DNA of 64,000 bases from Alphaproteobacteria bacterium. Lineage in GTDB: Bacteria > Pseudomonadota > Alphaproteobacteria > UBA828. The stretch spans positions 160,001-224,000 of the forward strand of contig CBDCQT010000011.1 of the NCBI GenBank assembly GCA_965220745.1. The letters run 5' to 3'. Below the pieces are notes generated by a model. It made no database searches. It was not told where the DNA came from and saw nothing but the letters and a program-made list of their open reading frames with translations. How positions within the stretch are numbered: position 1 is the stretch's first letter; each line of letters starts with the position of its first letter. Positions 43,136 through 53,573 of the stretch are shown here, one piece after another. A program made the position numbers and the translations under genes.

Positions 43136-43900
43136 TCACATGAGGTGGGCCGCGAAGAAGTCCAGGGTGCGCTGCCAGGACAGCGCGGCGTCCTCCTCGT
43201 CGTAGCGTGCGCTGGTCGGGTTGGCGAAGCCGTGGTCGGCCTCGTACCAGTGGTTCTCGGCGCTCTTGCCGGCTGCCGCCATCTCCGCCTCGAAGCCGTC
43301 TACCATCTCCTGGTTGATCCACCTGTCACGGGTGGCGAAGTGACCCAGCACCGGCCCGGCCAAGGAAGCGAGCTGCTCCTGCGTCCTCTTCACGTTGCCG
43401 TAGTAGACGATGGTGGCGTCGACCGGCGCGGCGAGCGAGGCATTGAGCGACCAGCGGCCGCCGAAGCACCAGCCCACGGTGCCGACTTTGCCGCTGCCGC
43501 TCTCGTGGTTCCGGAGCCAGTCGATCCATGAGGCGCAGGTGTCGGTGGCGGCCTGCGGCCGGACCCCCGTCGCCAGCTCCCGCGCCACGGCAGGATCGGC
43601 GGTGACGTTGCCGTCGTAGAGGTCGATGGCGAGCGCCAGATAGCCGGCGTCCGCCAGCGCGGCGGCGACCGACTTGATCTGATCGTTAAGCCCCCACCAT
43701 TCGTGCACCAGCATCACGGCCGGCGCCGGCAGTGCGGCGGGCACGCCGAGCGCCGCCGAGACGGACCGGCCGCCGGCGGTGGTGATGGTGACGGTCTCGA
43801 GGCTGTCGGCGGCGGCGCGGGCAAGCCGCCGGTCGGCGAGGACCGCCGCGAGCGGCAGCCCGGCGAGGCCGATGAGGAGGTCACGTCTTGCGAGTCCCAT
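43136..43900 (-). CDS. Dienelactone hydrolase-family protein with Tat-like signal
   Basis: ARRDLL, HEWWGLN, GWCFGG, YEADHGFAN. Confidence 0.9.
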   Translation of the reverse strand: MGLARRDLLIGLAGLPLAAVLADRRLARAAADSLETVTITTAGGRSVSAALGVPAALPAPAVMLVHEWWGLNDQIKSVAAALADAGYLALAIDLYDGNVTADPAVARELATGVRPQAATDTCASWIDWLRNHESGSGKVGTVGWCFGGRWSLNASLAAPVDATIVYYGNVKRTQEQLASLAGPVLGHFATRDRWINQEMVDGFEAEMAAAGKSAENHWYEADHGFANPTSARYDEEDAALSWQRTLDFFAAHLM

Positions 43901-44043
43901 GGCGCGTCGTCCTCCGTTGCGATGTGAGAGCGATCATGGTCGGGCGCGCGCGGCTCCGACGCAAGGCGCTATCGGCACGGGCCCTTCGCTTTCTCCGCCG
44001 GACCGCTCCCTGTATCCTCGCGCGGCTTCAGCGGAGGAGGACC

Positions 44044-45771
44044 ATGGCGAGTTCGATCCAGGCGCGAAAGACCAGACGCCGGCAATGGGCCGGCACGGAT
44101 CCTGCGCAGCAGCGGGACCTGGCGAACCGCGCCTACACCGGCGGGGATGCGCTGGTCGCGACCCTTCTCGAACACGGCGTCGATACCGCGTTCGGCGTGC
44201 CGGGCGAAAGTTACCTGGCCGTGCTGGAGGCGCTGCGGGCGGCGCAGGAGCGACTGCGCTTCGTCATTACGCGCCACGAATCCGGTGCTACCTTCGCCGC
44301 GTGCGCCTACGCCCGACTGGCGCGCAAGCCGGGCGTCGCCTTCGTGACTCGCGGGCCCGGCGCCACCAATGGGTCCATTGGCATCCACACCGCGCGCCAG
44401 GATTCGGTGCCGCTCGTGCTCTTCATCGGCCAGGTCCCGTCGGATCAGCGGGGCCGCGAGTCGTTTCAGGAGATCGATTACCACCGCATGCTGGGTCCGA
44501 TGACCAAGGCGGTGTTCGAGCCCCACACGCCGCACGAGGTCGCAGCCGCCGCGGCGGAAGCCTTCGCCATTGCCGTTGACGGCAGGCCGGGGCCGGTCGC
44601 GGTGGCGCTGCCGGAGGACGTGACTGAAGGCGAAACCGACGACACACCGGTGCCGCAGCCCCGCCCGCGCCGCGCCGCGCTGCCCGCGCCGGGTGACATC
44701 CGCGCCATCGCCGAGCGGATCGCGCAGGCCGAGCGTCCCGTCGCGATCGCGGGCGAAATGGTGGCCTTCGAAGGCGCCAACGGGGCGCTCGCCGCCTTCG
44801 CAGAGGCTTATGGCGTGGGCGTTTTCAGCTCCTTCCGCCAGCAGGGAGTGGTGCCGTGCGCGCATCCTGCCTTTCTGGGGACGCTCGGCCTCGCGCTCCC
44901 GCCCTATCAGGAGGCCCTGCTGGCGGAAGCGGACCTCGTGCTCGCACTCGGCACTCGGCTCGACCTCGCCACGACGGTCGACGACCGCGTGATCCACGAG
45001 GCTCGCTTCGTGGTCCACGTCTACCCGGACGCGGACGCGCTCGCTGCCGCCGGGGCTGGCCTGCAGGTCTGCGCCGATATCGCGCCCGTGCTGGAAGGCC
45101 TTACCGCCGCAGCGCCGGAGGCCCCGCCCGCCTCCCGCAGCGCCTGGTGCGCCGCGCAGCGTTCGGTGTTCGACGAGTTCCGACAAGAGTCCGCCGGGCC
45201 CGCACTCGGCACGGTCGATCTCGCCGCCGTGGTGCAGACGCTCGCCGAGCGGGTGCCGCAGGACGCCACCATCGTCAACGACGCCGGTAACTTCGCAACC
45301 TGGCTGCTGCGCCACTTCCCTTACGAGCATCCGCTGGCCCAGGCCGCACCATCGGTAGGCGCGATGGGCTACGGCGTGCCCGGCGCGATCGGCGCCCAGC
45401 TCGCCAGGCCCGGCAAGCGGGTGGTGGCGATTGCCGGTGACGGCGGCTTCGGCATGACCGGGCAGGAGCTGATCACGGCGGTCGGCAATCGGCTCCCGAT
45501 CGTCGTGCTGGTGTGCGACAACGGCATCTACGGCACCATCGCCATGCACCAGTACAACCGCTACGGCGCCGATGCGACCTACGGCGTCGCCCTCCACAGC
45601 CCTGATTTTGCGGCCGCCGCACGCGCCTGGGGCGCGGACGCCTGGACGGTCGAGACCACCGAGGCCTTCGCGCCGGCCCTGGAGGGGGCGCTGGCCGCCG
45701 ACGGCCCGGCGCTGATCCACCTCAAGACCGACATACGCGACCTCGCGGCCTCGGGCGCCAAGATGCAGTGA
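44044..45771 (+). CDS. ThDP-dependent enzyme (acetolactate synthase-like)
   Basis: FGVPGESYL, RHESGA, TRGPGATN, GDGGFGM...NGIYGTI; SD GGAGGAGG upstream. Confidence 0.88.
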   Translation: MASSIQARKTRRRQWAGTDPAQQRDLANRAYTGGDALVATLLEHGVDTAFGVPGESYLAVLEALRAAQERLRFVITRHESGATFAACAYARLARKPGVAFVTRGPGATNGSIGIHTARQDSVPLVLFIGQVPSDQRGRESFQEIDYHRMLGPMTKAVFEPHTPHEVAAAAAEAFAIAVDGRPGPVAVALPEDVTEGETDDTPVPQPRPRRAALPAPGDIRAIAERIAQAERPVAIAGEMVAFEGANGALAAFAEAYGVGVFSSFRQQGVVPCAHPAFLGTLGLALPPYQEALLAEADLVLALGTRLDLATTVDDRVIHEARFVVHVYPDADALAAAGAGLQVCADIAPVLEGLTAAAPEAPPASRSAWCAAQRSVFDEFRQESAGPALGTVDLAAVVQTLAERVPQDATIVNDAGNFATWLLRHFPYEHPLAQAAPSVGAMGYGVPGAIGAQLARPGKRVVAIAGDGGFGMTGQELITAVGNRLPIVVLVCDNGIYGTIAMHQYNRYGADATYGVALHSPDFAAAARAWGADAWTVETTEAFAPALEGALAADGPALIHLKTDIRDLAASGAKMQ

Positions 45772-46997
45772 CCATGGCCGCCGGCCACGACGAGACGGAC
45801 GACGCGATCGACGCCGGCGAGGACGGCCCAGCGCCAGAGGGGGCGCCGGTCGAAGCCCATGTTCTAAGCTCCATCACACAGGTGGACGCAGCCGCCTGGG
45901 ATCGCTGCGCCGGCCCCGACAACCCCTTCGTCCGCCACGCCTTCCTGTCCGCGCTGGAAGAGAGCGGCTCGAGCACGGGCGCGACCGGCTGGCAACCCCG
46001 GCACATCGTTCTCAAGACCCCGCAAGGCGCCGTCCTCGGCGCCGTGCCGATGTATCTCAAGAACCATTCCTACGGCGAGTACGTCTTCGACCACGGCTGG
46101 GCGGACGCGTTCGAGCGCGCGGGCGGGCACTACTACCCCAAGCTCCAGGTCTCGGTCCCGTTCACGCCGGTGACAGGGCCGCGCCTGCTAACCCCGCCGG
46201 GGCCGGGCGCGGAAGCGGTGAGGACGGCGCTGCTTTCCACCTGCGTCGGCATTTGCGACCAGATCGGCGCGTCTTCGGTGCACATCACCTTCCCCACCGA
46301 GGACGAGTTCGACTTGATGGGCGAGGCCGGGCTCCTGCAACGGACGGGCATCCAGTTCCACTGGCTGAACGAGGGCTATGGGAGCTTCGACGACTTCCTC
46401 GCCAGCCTCGCCTCGCGGAAGCGCAAACAGATCCGCAAGGAGCGACAGGCGGTTGCAGACTCCGGCCTCACGATCATGGCGCTGACGGGCAGCGAGATCG
46501 AGGAGCGCCACTGGGACGCCTTCTTCGCCTTCTACCAAGCGACCGGCAGCCGCAAGTGGGGGGTGCCCTACCTCACGCGCGAGTTCTTCGGCCTGCTCGG
46601 CGAGCGGATGTCCGACGCGGTGGTGCTGGTGATGGTGGAGCGGGACGAACGACCCGTCGCAGGCGCCCTCAACCTTGCAGGCTCGGATGCGCTCTACGGC
46701 CGCAACTGGGGCGCCATCGAGGAGCACCGCTTCCTGCACTTCGAGGCCTGCTATTACCGCGCCATCGACTACGCCATCGCCCACGGGCTGAAGCGGGTCG
46801 AGGCCGGCGCCCAGGGTCCGCACAAGCTGGCGCGCGGCTACCTGCCGGTGCCCACCTATTCCGCGCACTGGGTCGCCAACGAGAGCCTGCGCGATGCGGT
46901 CGCCCACTACCTCGATCACGAGACCCGGGAGATCGACCGCGAGATCGCCGTGCTGGAGCGGCACGGCCCCTTCCGCCAGAGCGACGACGCGGCGTAA
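45768..46997 (+). CDS. GNAT/FemAB-like acyltransferase (DUF482 type)
   Basis: HSYGEYVFDHGWA, YYPKL, PFTPVTGPR, LHFEACYY, EAGAQGPHKLARGY. Confidence 0.88.
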   Translation: MTMAAGHDETDDAIDAGEDGPAPEGAPVEAHVLSSITQVDAAAWDRCAGPDNPFVRHAFLSALEESGSSTGATGWQPRHIVLKTPQGAVLGAVPMYLKNHSYGEYVFDHGWADAFERAGGHYYPKLQVSVPFTPVTGPRLLTPPGPGAEAVRTALLSTCVGICDQIGASSVHITFPTEDEFDLMGEAGLLQRTGIQFHWLNEGYGSFDDFLASLASRKRKQIRKERQAVADSGLTIMALTGSEIEERHWDAFFAFYQATGSRKWGVPYLTREFFGLLGERMSDAVVLVMVERDERPVAGALNLAGSDALYGRNWGAIEEHRFLHFEACYYRAIDYAIAHGLKRVEAGAQGPHKLARGYLPVPTYSAHWVANESLRDAVAHYLDHETREIDREIAVLERHGPFRQSDDAA

Positions 46998-47081
46998 CGG
47001 CGGCGGCGCACCGCTTGCGCGCGGCACCGCACCGCCCCAAGATCGCCCGCGCAATAACCGCCGCGCCTGAGGAGAAACCGG

Positions 47082-48431
47082 ATGGACGCCCCCAATCTCG
47101 ATGCGCTGACTCGCGATGCGCTCGACTACTACCTGTTCCCGCTCGCGACCAAGCATGACATGCGCACGGACGGTCCGATGATCTTCTCCAGCGCCGAAGG
47201 GATGGAGATCACCGACGCAGGCGGCAAGACCTACCTCGACATGATGAGCACCCAGACTAGGGCGAGCTCGCTCGGCTACGGGCAGGAGCGCATCGCGCGC
47301 GCGATCTACGACCAGCTGATGTCGCTCCACTACGCCGGCACCTTCGCCAATGTCGCCGACACGACCATCCGGCTCTCGGCCAAGATCGCCGATCTCGCGC
47401 CCGGCTCGCTGACCGCGACGGTGTTCGCCGGCAGCGGGTCGGAGGCGAACGAGATGTCGATCAAGCTCGCCAAGCAGTACCACGCCGCCAAGGGCGACAA
47501 GCCGCGCGCGCACAAGATCATCTCGCGCTGGGACTCCTATCACGGCGCCACCATGGGCGTGATCGGCAGCACCGACTATCTCGGCACCCGCGCCATCACC
47601 GAGCCCGGCGTGCCCGGATTCAGCCGTATCCCGGCGCCGAACCTCTACCGCACGCCCTTCGGCATGGACCCGTCCGAAGTCTGCGACTTCTGCGTCGACT
47701 ACCTGGAGCAGCACATCGTCCACGAGGGGCCGGAGACGGTGGCTGCCTTCATCGCCGAGCCGGTGATGCAAGGCGACGGCGTTCAGGTGCCGCCGGACGA
47801 CTACTTCCCTCGCGTGCGGGAGGTCTGCGACAAGTACGACGTGCTGCTGATCGGCGACGAGGTGATCTGCGGTTTCGGCCGCACCGGGCGCTGGTTCGCG
47901 CTGGAGCATTGGGGCGTCGAATGCGACATCATGAGCACCGCGAAGGCGATCACCGCCGGCTACTTCCCGCTCGGTGCGTCGACGGCGAGCCGCAAGGTGG
48001 CCGACGCGCTCCCGGTGTTCACCCATGTGCAGACCTACAACGGCCACCCCGGCGCCTGCGCTGCGGCGCTCGCGACCATCGACATCCTGGAGAGCGACAA
48101 CCTGATCGAGCGTGCGGCCGAGACCGGCGCCTACTTCCTCGACCGGATGCAGCGGCTGCGCGAGCTCCCCATCGTGGGCGACGTGCGCGGGCTCGGCATG
48201 TGGACCTGCATCGACTTCACGGCCGACAAGAAGACCAAGGCGCCGTTCACCGACGACACGGTGAAGGCGATCACGCGGCGCATGGCCGATCTCGGCGTGC
48301 TCGGCGGCGAGGAGGGCACGGCGATCGAGTTCGGCCCGGCGCTTATCGCGACGCGAGAGATGGTGAACCGCTGCGTCGATGTGGCGGAGCAGGCGATCCG
48401 CGAGGTGATGGCAGACCGCGACCTCGGCTGA
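47082..48431 (+). CDS. Class III (omega) aminotransferase
   Basis: SGSEANE, SYHGAT, AFIAEPV, DEVICGFGRTG, PLP lysine in STAKAIT. Confidence 0.92.
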   Translation: MDAPNLDALTRDALDYYLFPLATKHDMRTDGPMIFSSAEGMEITDAGGKTYLDMMSTQTRASSLGYGQERIARAIYDQLMSLHYAGTFANVADTTIRLSAKIADLAPGSLTATVFAGSGSEANEMSIKLAKQYHAAKGDKPRAHKIISRWDSYHGATMGVIGSTDYLGTRAITEPGVPGFSRIPAPNLYRTPFGMDPSEVCDFCVDYLEQHIVHEGPETVAAFIAEPVMQGDGVQVPPDDYFPRVREVCDKYDVLLIGDEVICGFGRTGRWFALEHWGVECDIMSTAKAITAGYFPLGASTASRKVADALPVFTHVQTYNGHPGACAAALATIDILESDNLIERAAETGAYFLDRMQRLRELPIVGDVRGLGMWTCIDFTADKKTKAPFTDDTVKAITRRMADLGVLGGEEGTAIEFGPALIATREMVNRCVDVAEQAIREVMADRDLG

Positions 48432-48467
48432 CCGAAACCGGCCCGCCCCGGCTTCAAGCCGCGGGGA

Positions 48468-49865
48468 TCAATCCAGGATCACGCCGGGATTGAGGATACC
48501 CTTGGGGTCGAGGGTCGCCTTGAGCGTGCGCATCAGCGCGATCTCCTCGGCCGTGCGCGCGAGCGGCAGGTAGGCGCGCTTCATCACGCCGATGCCGTGC
48601 TCGGCGCTGATGCTGCCTTGGCGCGCGTGCACGGCGCCGTAGATCGCATCGGCCAGCGCGGGCTCCATGGCGAGAAAGTCGTCGTCCGAGAGCCCCGCTT
48701 CCTGCGTCATGTTGACGTGAACGTTGCCGTCGCCCAGGTGCCCGAACAGCACCACGCGGACGCCCGCGAAGCCCTCGGCCAACGCCTCCATCTCGCCGAG
48801 GAAGGCGGGGATCACGCCGGGTGGCACGGTCACGTCGAACTTGTGGGTGAGCCCGCGGCGGCTCACGGCCTCGGTCGGCGCCTCGCGGACGCACCAGATC
48901 GCCCGCGCCTGCGCCTCCGAGCCCGCGACCACGGCGTCGGCGATCAGCCCGTCCGCCAGCAGGCTCTCCAACCCGGTGGTGAAGGCCTCGCCCGCAGCTT
49001 CGCCCGACGCGGATTCCTCCTCGATCACGACCAGGCTTTCGTAGTCGCCGTCGAGGGGGATGCGCAGCGCGGGGTCTTCCGCCTTCACGTAGGCCACGGT
49101 CTCGCCGTCGATGAACTCCAGCGAGGAGAGGCGGGGGAAGCGCGCCCGCGCCGCCTGCAGCAGGGCGGGCAGCAGATCGCGGCTGGCGAGGCCCGCGAGC
49201 GCGGTCTGAAACGCCTCCGGCGCCGGCTGCACCTGCAGCACGGCGCGGGTGATGACGCCGAGCGTGCCTTCCGAGCCGATGAAGACCTGCTTCAGGTCGA
49301 GGCCGGTGTTGTTCTTTTTCAGGATGTTGAGGCCGCTCACCACGGTGCCGTCGGCGAGCACGACCTCGAGGCCGCGCACCTGCTCCCGCATGTGACCGTA
49401 GCGCAGCACCTTCACCCCGCCGGCGTTGGTCGCGATCATGCCGCCGATCTGGCACGAGCCGCGCCCGCCGAGATCCACCGGCATGTCGTAGCCGCGCTCG
49501 GCGAGGTAGCCCTGCAGCGTCTCCAGCACGACGCCGGCCTGGACCGTGACCGTCGCCGAAGCCTCGTCGAAGGCTTCGATGGCGCCCAGCCGCTCGACGC
49601 TCAGCACCACCTCGTCCGCACGGGGCACGCCGCCGCCCACCATCCCGGTATTGCCCGCTTGCGGCACAACGGGCACGTCGAGCTCCGTGCAGGCGCGGAG
49701 CACCGCCGCCACTTCCTCGGTCGAGCGCGGGCGCACCACCAGTGGCGCCGTGCCGACGTACTTGCCGATCCAGTCCCTGGCATAGCGGGCCGTGTCGGCG
49801 GGGTCGTCGAGGTAGAGCGCCGGGTCGCCGAGCCTCGCCCGCAGCCTCTCGTGAGGTGCCGTCAT
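48468..49865 (-). CDS. FAD-linked oxidase (D-2-hydroxyglutarate/D-lactate dehydrogenase-like)
   Basis: GNTGMVGG, IGGMIATNAGG, KNNTGLDL, GSEGTLG, GHLGDGNVH, SAEHGIG. Confidence 0.9.
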   Translation of the reverse strand: MTAPHERLRARLGDPALYLDDPADTARYARDWIGKYVGTAPLVVRPRSTEEVAAVLRACTELDVPVVPQAGNTGMVGGGVPRADEVVLSVERLGAIEAFDEASATVTVQAGVVLETLQGYLAERGYDMPVDLGGRGSCQIGGMIATNAGGVKVLRYGHMREQVRGLEVVLADGTVVSGLNILKKNNTGLDLKQVFIGSEGTLGVITRAVLQVQPAPEAFQTALAGLASRDLLPALLQAARARFPRLSSLEFIDGETVAYVKAEDPALRIPLDGDYESLVVIEEESASGEAAGEAFTTGLESLLADGLIADAVVAGSEAQARAIWCVREAPTEAVSRRGLTHKFDVTVPPGVIPAFLGEMEALAEGFAGVRVVLFGHLGDGNVHVNMTQEAGLSDDDFLAMEPALADAIYGAVHARQGSISAEHGIGVMKRAYLPLARTAEEIALMRTLKATLDPKGILNPGVILD

Positions 49866-49943
49866 CGTGCACTCCGTTCGGCAGGGGTGCGGTTTTGCGG
49901 CACTATGGCGCGCAGGTCAAACGGCGGGGGTGGAGCGCGGCGG

Positions 49944-50585
49944 ATGGGCGTCAAGGTACTGTTTCTCGACTACGACGGCGTGATCGCCGACAGCATGGGG
50001 GCCAAGGCAGAGGCCTTGGCCGATGCCTTCGCACCCTACACCCTGGATCGTGCCGGGGTCGCCGACGGCTTCAGGCGCCATGCAGGGAGCGGCCGGGAGC
50101 TCATTTTCGACCGCATCTACGAGGACCTGATCGGGGAGCCGCTCGACGAGCCCACACGCCAGCGCATCCTCGGCACGTTTCTCGACCGCATCGACGCCAT
50201 CAACGCGGCCATCGGCCTCTTCCCCGGCGTTCACGGCTTCATCGAGGGCCAGGCAGCAAAGCGGCTCGTGACCGTGGTGACGGGGGTGCCGCAGGAGGAG
50301 GCCGCGCGGCAGCTTGGACGCCTCGGCCTCTTGCCCTTCCTCGCCTCGGTCCACGGGGCGACGCGCGAGACGCCCAAGCACGTCCACATGGGGCGATTCC
50401 TGGAGGCCCGCGCCATCGCGCCTGCGGACGCGCTCTTCGTCGGCGATTCCCATGCTGACATGCGCGAAGCTGCGCTGGCAGGCATCCCCTTCGTCGGCAT
50501 CGGCGAGCCGGCGTTCTTCGCCAAAGGTGCGCCGCTCGCCGTGGCCCCCAGCCTGCCCGACCTCGCGCCGCTCATCGACGGGTAA
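49944..50585 (+). CDS. HAD-superfamily hydrolase (phosphatase)
   Basis: FLDYDGVIADS, LFPGV, K in ETPK, FVGDSHAD. Confidence 0.85.
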   Translation: MGVKVLFLDYDGVIADSMGAKAEALADAFAPYTLDRAGVADGFRRHAGSGRELIFDRIYEDLIGEPLDEPTRQRILGTFLDRIDAINAAIGLFPGVHGFIEGQAAKRLVTVVTGVPQEEAARQLGRLGLLPFLASVHGATRETPKHVHMGRFLEARAIAPADALFVGDSHADMREAALAGIPFVGIGEPAFFAKGAPLAVAPSLPDLAPLIDG

Positions 50586-50620
50586 CACCCGATTCCATGA
50601 TCTGTCCCAGAAAGAGTTTC

Positions 50621-50745
50621 TTTGGCGGCCTATTCCGGCCCACTCCGGCCCAAAGTGGCCCAAGGTGGTTCAGGGCGACCTCCCCCGATGCGGCTTATTC
50701 CGGCCCAAAGTGGCTCAAAGTGGTCCAAGACGGCTCCTCCCGGTC
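50621..50745. repeat. Two blocks of degenerate 10-bp tandem repeats
   Basis: TTTGGCGGCC TATTCCGGCC CACTCCGGCC CAAAGTGGCC CAAGGTGGTT CAGGGCGACC, then from 50686 CGATGCGGCT TATTCCGGCC CAAAGTGGCT CAAAGTGGTC CAAGACGGCT CCTCCCGGTC. Confidence 0.85.
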
Positions 50746-50915
50746 CGCGGCCGTGGTGGGTTGCGCTGGCGACCGAGCGAAGTGCGGCCGGCAAGCGACC
50801 GAACGACGGGCGCCCACCGCATTTGCCTCGGCCTGTCGCGGCCTGTCCGCCCTCGTGCGTCATGGCGCGATGATGGCGCATCCGCCGCGCGCCGTGCACC
50901 GCACCATGGTCCGGG

Positions 50916-52646
50916 CTAAACCACGGGCACCGCTTGACCAGAGCGCGGGGCGGTCAGGAAATCCAGATCGCAGCCGCGATCCGCCTGCTCGACATGGGCG
51001 AGGTGGAGCGCGAGATAGCCGCGCTCGGCACCCGCCGGCGGGGGCGGCGGGCGCCACACCGCCCGGCGCGCATCCAATGTCGTTTGCGGCACGTCCAGCG
51101 TGAGCGAACGCCCCTCCACGTCCAGCGTGATCCGATCGCCGTTCTCCACCAGCGCGAGCGGCCCGCCGATGGCGGCCTCCGGCGTCGCGTGGAGCACGAT
51201 GGTGCCGAAGGCGGTGCCGCTCATCCGCGCGTCCGAGAGCCGCACCATGTCGGTCACACCTTGGGTGGCGAGCTTGCGGGGGATTGGGATGTAGCCGGCC
51301 TCGGGCATCCCCGGCGCGCCCTTGGGGCCCGCATTGCGCAGCACCAGCACGTCCTCGGGCGTCACATCCAGGGCTGGATCGTCGACCCGCGCCGTGAGGT
51401 CGGCGACCGAGTCGAACACCACCGCGCGCCCGGTGTGCTGGCAGAGCGCGGGAGTCGCCGCCGATTGCTTGATGATGGCGCCGTCCGGCGCAAGGTTGCC
51501 GCGCAGCACCGCGATGCCGCCCTCCCGGTAGATGGGATCGTCCCGCTCGCGCACCACGTCCTGCGGCCAGGGCGCGGGTGCTGCGGCGATCTCCTCGCCG
51601 AGCGTGCGCCCGGTCACGGTCAGGCAGTCGAGGTCGAGCCGGTCCGACAGCGCGCGCAGCACGGGCATGAGCCCGCCGGCCTTGTTCAGATCCTCCATGT
51701 AGTGCTGGCCCGAGGGCTTGAGATCGACCAGCACTGGGGTCTCGCGGCTGAGGCGATCGAGCCGGCCCAGGTCGAGGTCGAAGCCGCAGCGCCCGGCGAC
51801 GGCGGCGAGATGGATTACCGCGTTGGTTGAGCCGCCGACCGCGAGCAATACCGTGAGCGCGTTGGTGAAGGCGGCAGGGGTGAGGATGCGGTCCGGCGTG
51901 AGCCCTTCGGCCGCCAGCACCACGGCGCGCGCGCCGCTCTCTCTCGCGACGCGTTGGCGGTCGGCGAGCACGGCGGGGATCGCAGCGCTCCCCGGCAGCA
52001 TCATGCCGAGCGCTTCCGCCGCGCAGGCCATGGTGCTGGCCGTGCCCATCACCATGCAGGTGCCGGCGGACGGCATGAGCCGGCCGCCGACCTCGGCGAT
52101 CTCGTCCTCGCCGACGCGGCCGCCCCGGTGGGCGCCCCAGTAGCGCCGGCAATCGGTACAAGCGCCGAGCCGCTCGCCCTTGTGGCTGCCGGTCAGCATC
52201 GGCCCCGTGACCAGCTGGATCGCCGGCACGCCCGCGCTCGCCGCCGCCATGAGCTGGGCCGGCACGGTCTTGTCGCAGCCGCCGATCAGCACCACCGCGT
52301 CGATGGGATGGGCGCGGATCATCTCCTCCGTGTCCATCGCCATAAGGTTGCGGAAGAGCATGGTCGTCGGGTGCATGAAGGGCTCGCCCAGCGAAATCGT
52401 GGGAAAGGTCAGTGGCAGCCCGCCGGCGGCAGTCACTCCGCGCTCCACTGCCTCGATCAGGGCCGGCACCGTGCCGTGGCAGCTCACGAGGCCGCTGCCT
52501 GTGTTCGCGATGCCGATGACCGGGCGGTCCAGCTCCGCCTCGGTGTAGCCCATCGACTTGGCGAAGGCCTTGCGCAGAAAGAGCGAGAAGCCGGGATCAC
52601 CGTAGTCGGTGAGCTTGCGCCGGAGCCCGGTAGGCTTCTCCGTCAT
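50916..52646 (-). CDS. IlvD/Edd-family dehydratase (probably acting on a sugar acid)
   Basis: FRNLMAMDTEE, GGCDKT, GTCMVMGTAST, GGSTN, GPKGAPGMPE, SDARMSGT. Confidence 0.9.
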   Translation of the reverse strand: MTEKPTGLRRKLTDYGDPGFSLFLRKAFAKSMGYTEAELDRPVIGIANTGSGLVSCHGTVPALIEAVERGVTAAGGLPLTFPTISLGEPFMHPTTMLFRNLMAMDTEEMIRAHPIDAVVLIGGCDKTVPAQLMAAASAGVPAIQLVTGPMLTGSHKGERLGACTDCRRYWGAHRGGRVGEDEIAEVGGRLMPSAGTCMVMGTASTMACAAEALGMMLPGSAAIPAVLADRQRVARESGARAVVLAAEGLTPDRILTPAAFTNALTVLLAVGGSTNAVIHLAAVAGRCGFDLDLGRLDRLSRETPVLVDLKPSGQHYMEDLNKAGGLMPVLRALSDRLDLDCLTVTGRTLGEEIAAAPAPWPQDVVRERDDPIYREGGIAVLRGNLAPDGAIIKQSAATPALCQHTGRAVVFDSVADLTARVDDPALDVTPEDVLVLRNAGPKGAPGMPEAGYIPIPRKLATQGVTDMVRLSDARMSGTAFGTIVLHATPEAAIGGPLALVENGDRITLDVEGRSLTLDVPQTTLDARRAVWRPPPPPAGAERGYLALHLAHVEQADRGCDLDFLTAPRSGQAVPVV

Positions 52647-52683
52647 GTTGGCCTCCGCCGCTGGGTGAGCCTTGCCCCGGCCG

Positions 52684-53454
52684 TCACTCGGGCACGAGCC
52701 CGCAGCTCACGCCGCCGTCGATGGTGAGCGCGATGCCGGTGATCCAGCGCGCCTCGTCCGAGGCGAGGTAGACGAAGCCACCTGCGATGTCCGCCGGGTC
52801 GCCCACGCCGAGCGGATGCAGCCGCGCCAGCCGCTCCTTGAAGCCCTCCGGGTCATCGAGTTGGGAGAGGTGATAGTCCACCATCGGCGTCTGCACCCAG
52901 CCGGGGCAGACGCAGTTGACCCTGATCTGGTCCTTGGCGCCGTCGAGCGCGAGGCACTTGGTCAGCATGACGACGGCGCCCTTGGAGGTGGCGTAGGCCA
53001 TCTGCCCCGGCGTGCCGATGAGGCCAGCGACCGAGGCGGTGTTGAGGATCGCGCCGCCGCCCCGCTCGCGCATATGACCCCAGACCGCCTTGGCGCCCCG
53101 GTAGATGCTGGTGACGTTGACATCCATCTGGCGGTCCCAGTCGGCGCGCTCGACCTCTTCGACGCTGCCGATCACCGCCTGGCCCGCGTTATTGACGAGG
53201 ATATCGACGTGGCCGAGAGCCTCGATGGCGGCCACCGCCATGCCGGCCACGTCGTCGTCCCGCATGACGTCGGCCTCGATGGCGACGGCGTTGCCGCCCG
53301 CCGCTTCGATCGCGCGCACGGTGGCGACGTTGTCGTCGGCGCTGAGCCCCGCGCAGGCCACCGCCGCGCCTTCCTTGGCGAAGCGCAGCGCCGTGGCCCG
53401 GCCAATGCCCGAGCCCGCGCCCGTGACGATCGCGGTCTTGCCCGCGAGCCTCAT
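52684..53454 (-). CDS. SDR-family oxidoreductase
   Basis: [25 protein letters not shown]. Confidence 0.92.
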   Translation of the reverse strand: MRLAGKTAIVTGAGSGIGRATALRFAKEGAAVACAGLSADDNVATVRAIEAAGGNAVAIEADVMRDDDVAGMAVAAIEALGHVDILVNNAGQAVIGSVEEVERADWDRQMDVNVTSIYRGAKAVWGHMRERGGGAILNTASVAGLIGTPGQMAYATSKGAVVMLTKCLALDGAKDQIRVNCVCPGWVQTPMVDYHLSQLDDPEGFKERLARLHPLGVGDPADIAGGFVYLASDEARWITGIALTIDGGVSCGLVPE

Positions 53455-53573
53455 GTGTCTCCGCCCGTCCTCATGGCCGGCGCAGGATAGCCCGGCGCCC
53501 CGGAGCCCGCGAGGGTTGACTCCGCGCCCCGCCAGCCGATAGGCCGGGCCGTGAACGGGACGGGTTGGAGGCG

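Noticed and set aside
48597-49943. N-terminal 449 aa of the 662-aa ORF as a fusion to the HAD domain
   Set aside because: It overlaps the FAD oxidase gene in antisense; the HAD gene starts at ATG 49944.
50621-50745. CRISPR array or mraZ operator
   Set aside because: The units are 10 bp with no spacers, no cas genes are present, and no mraZ/dcw genes are adjacent.
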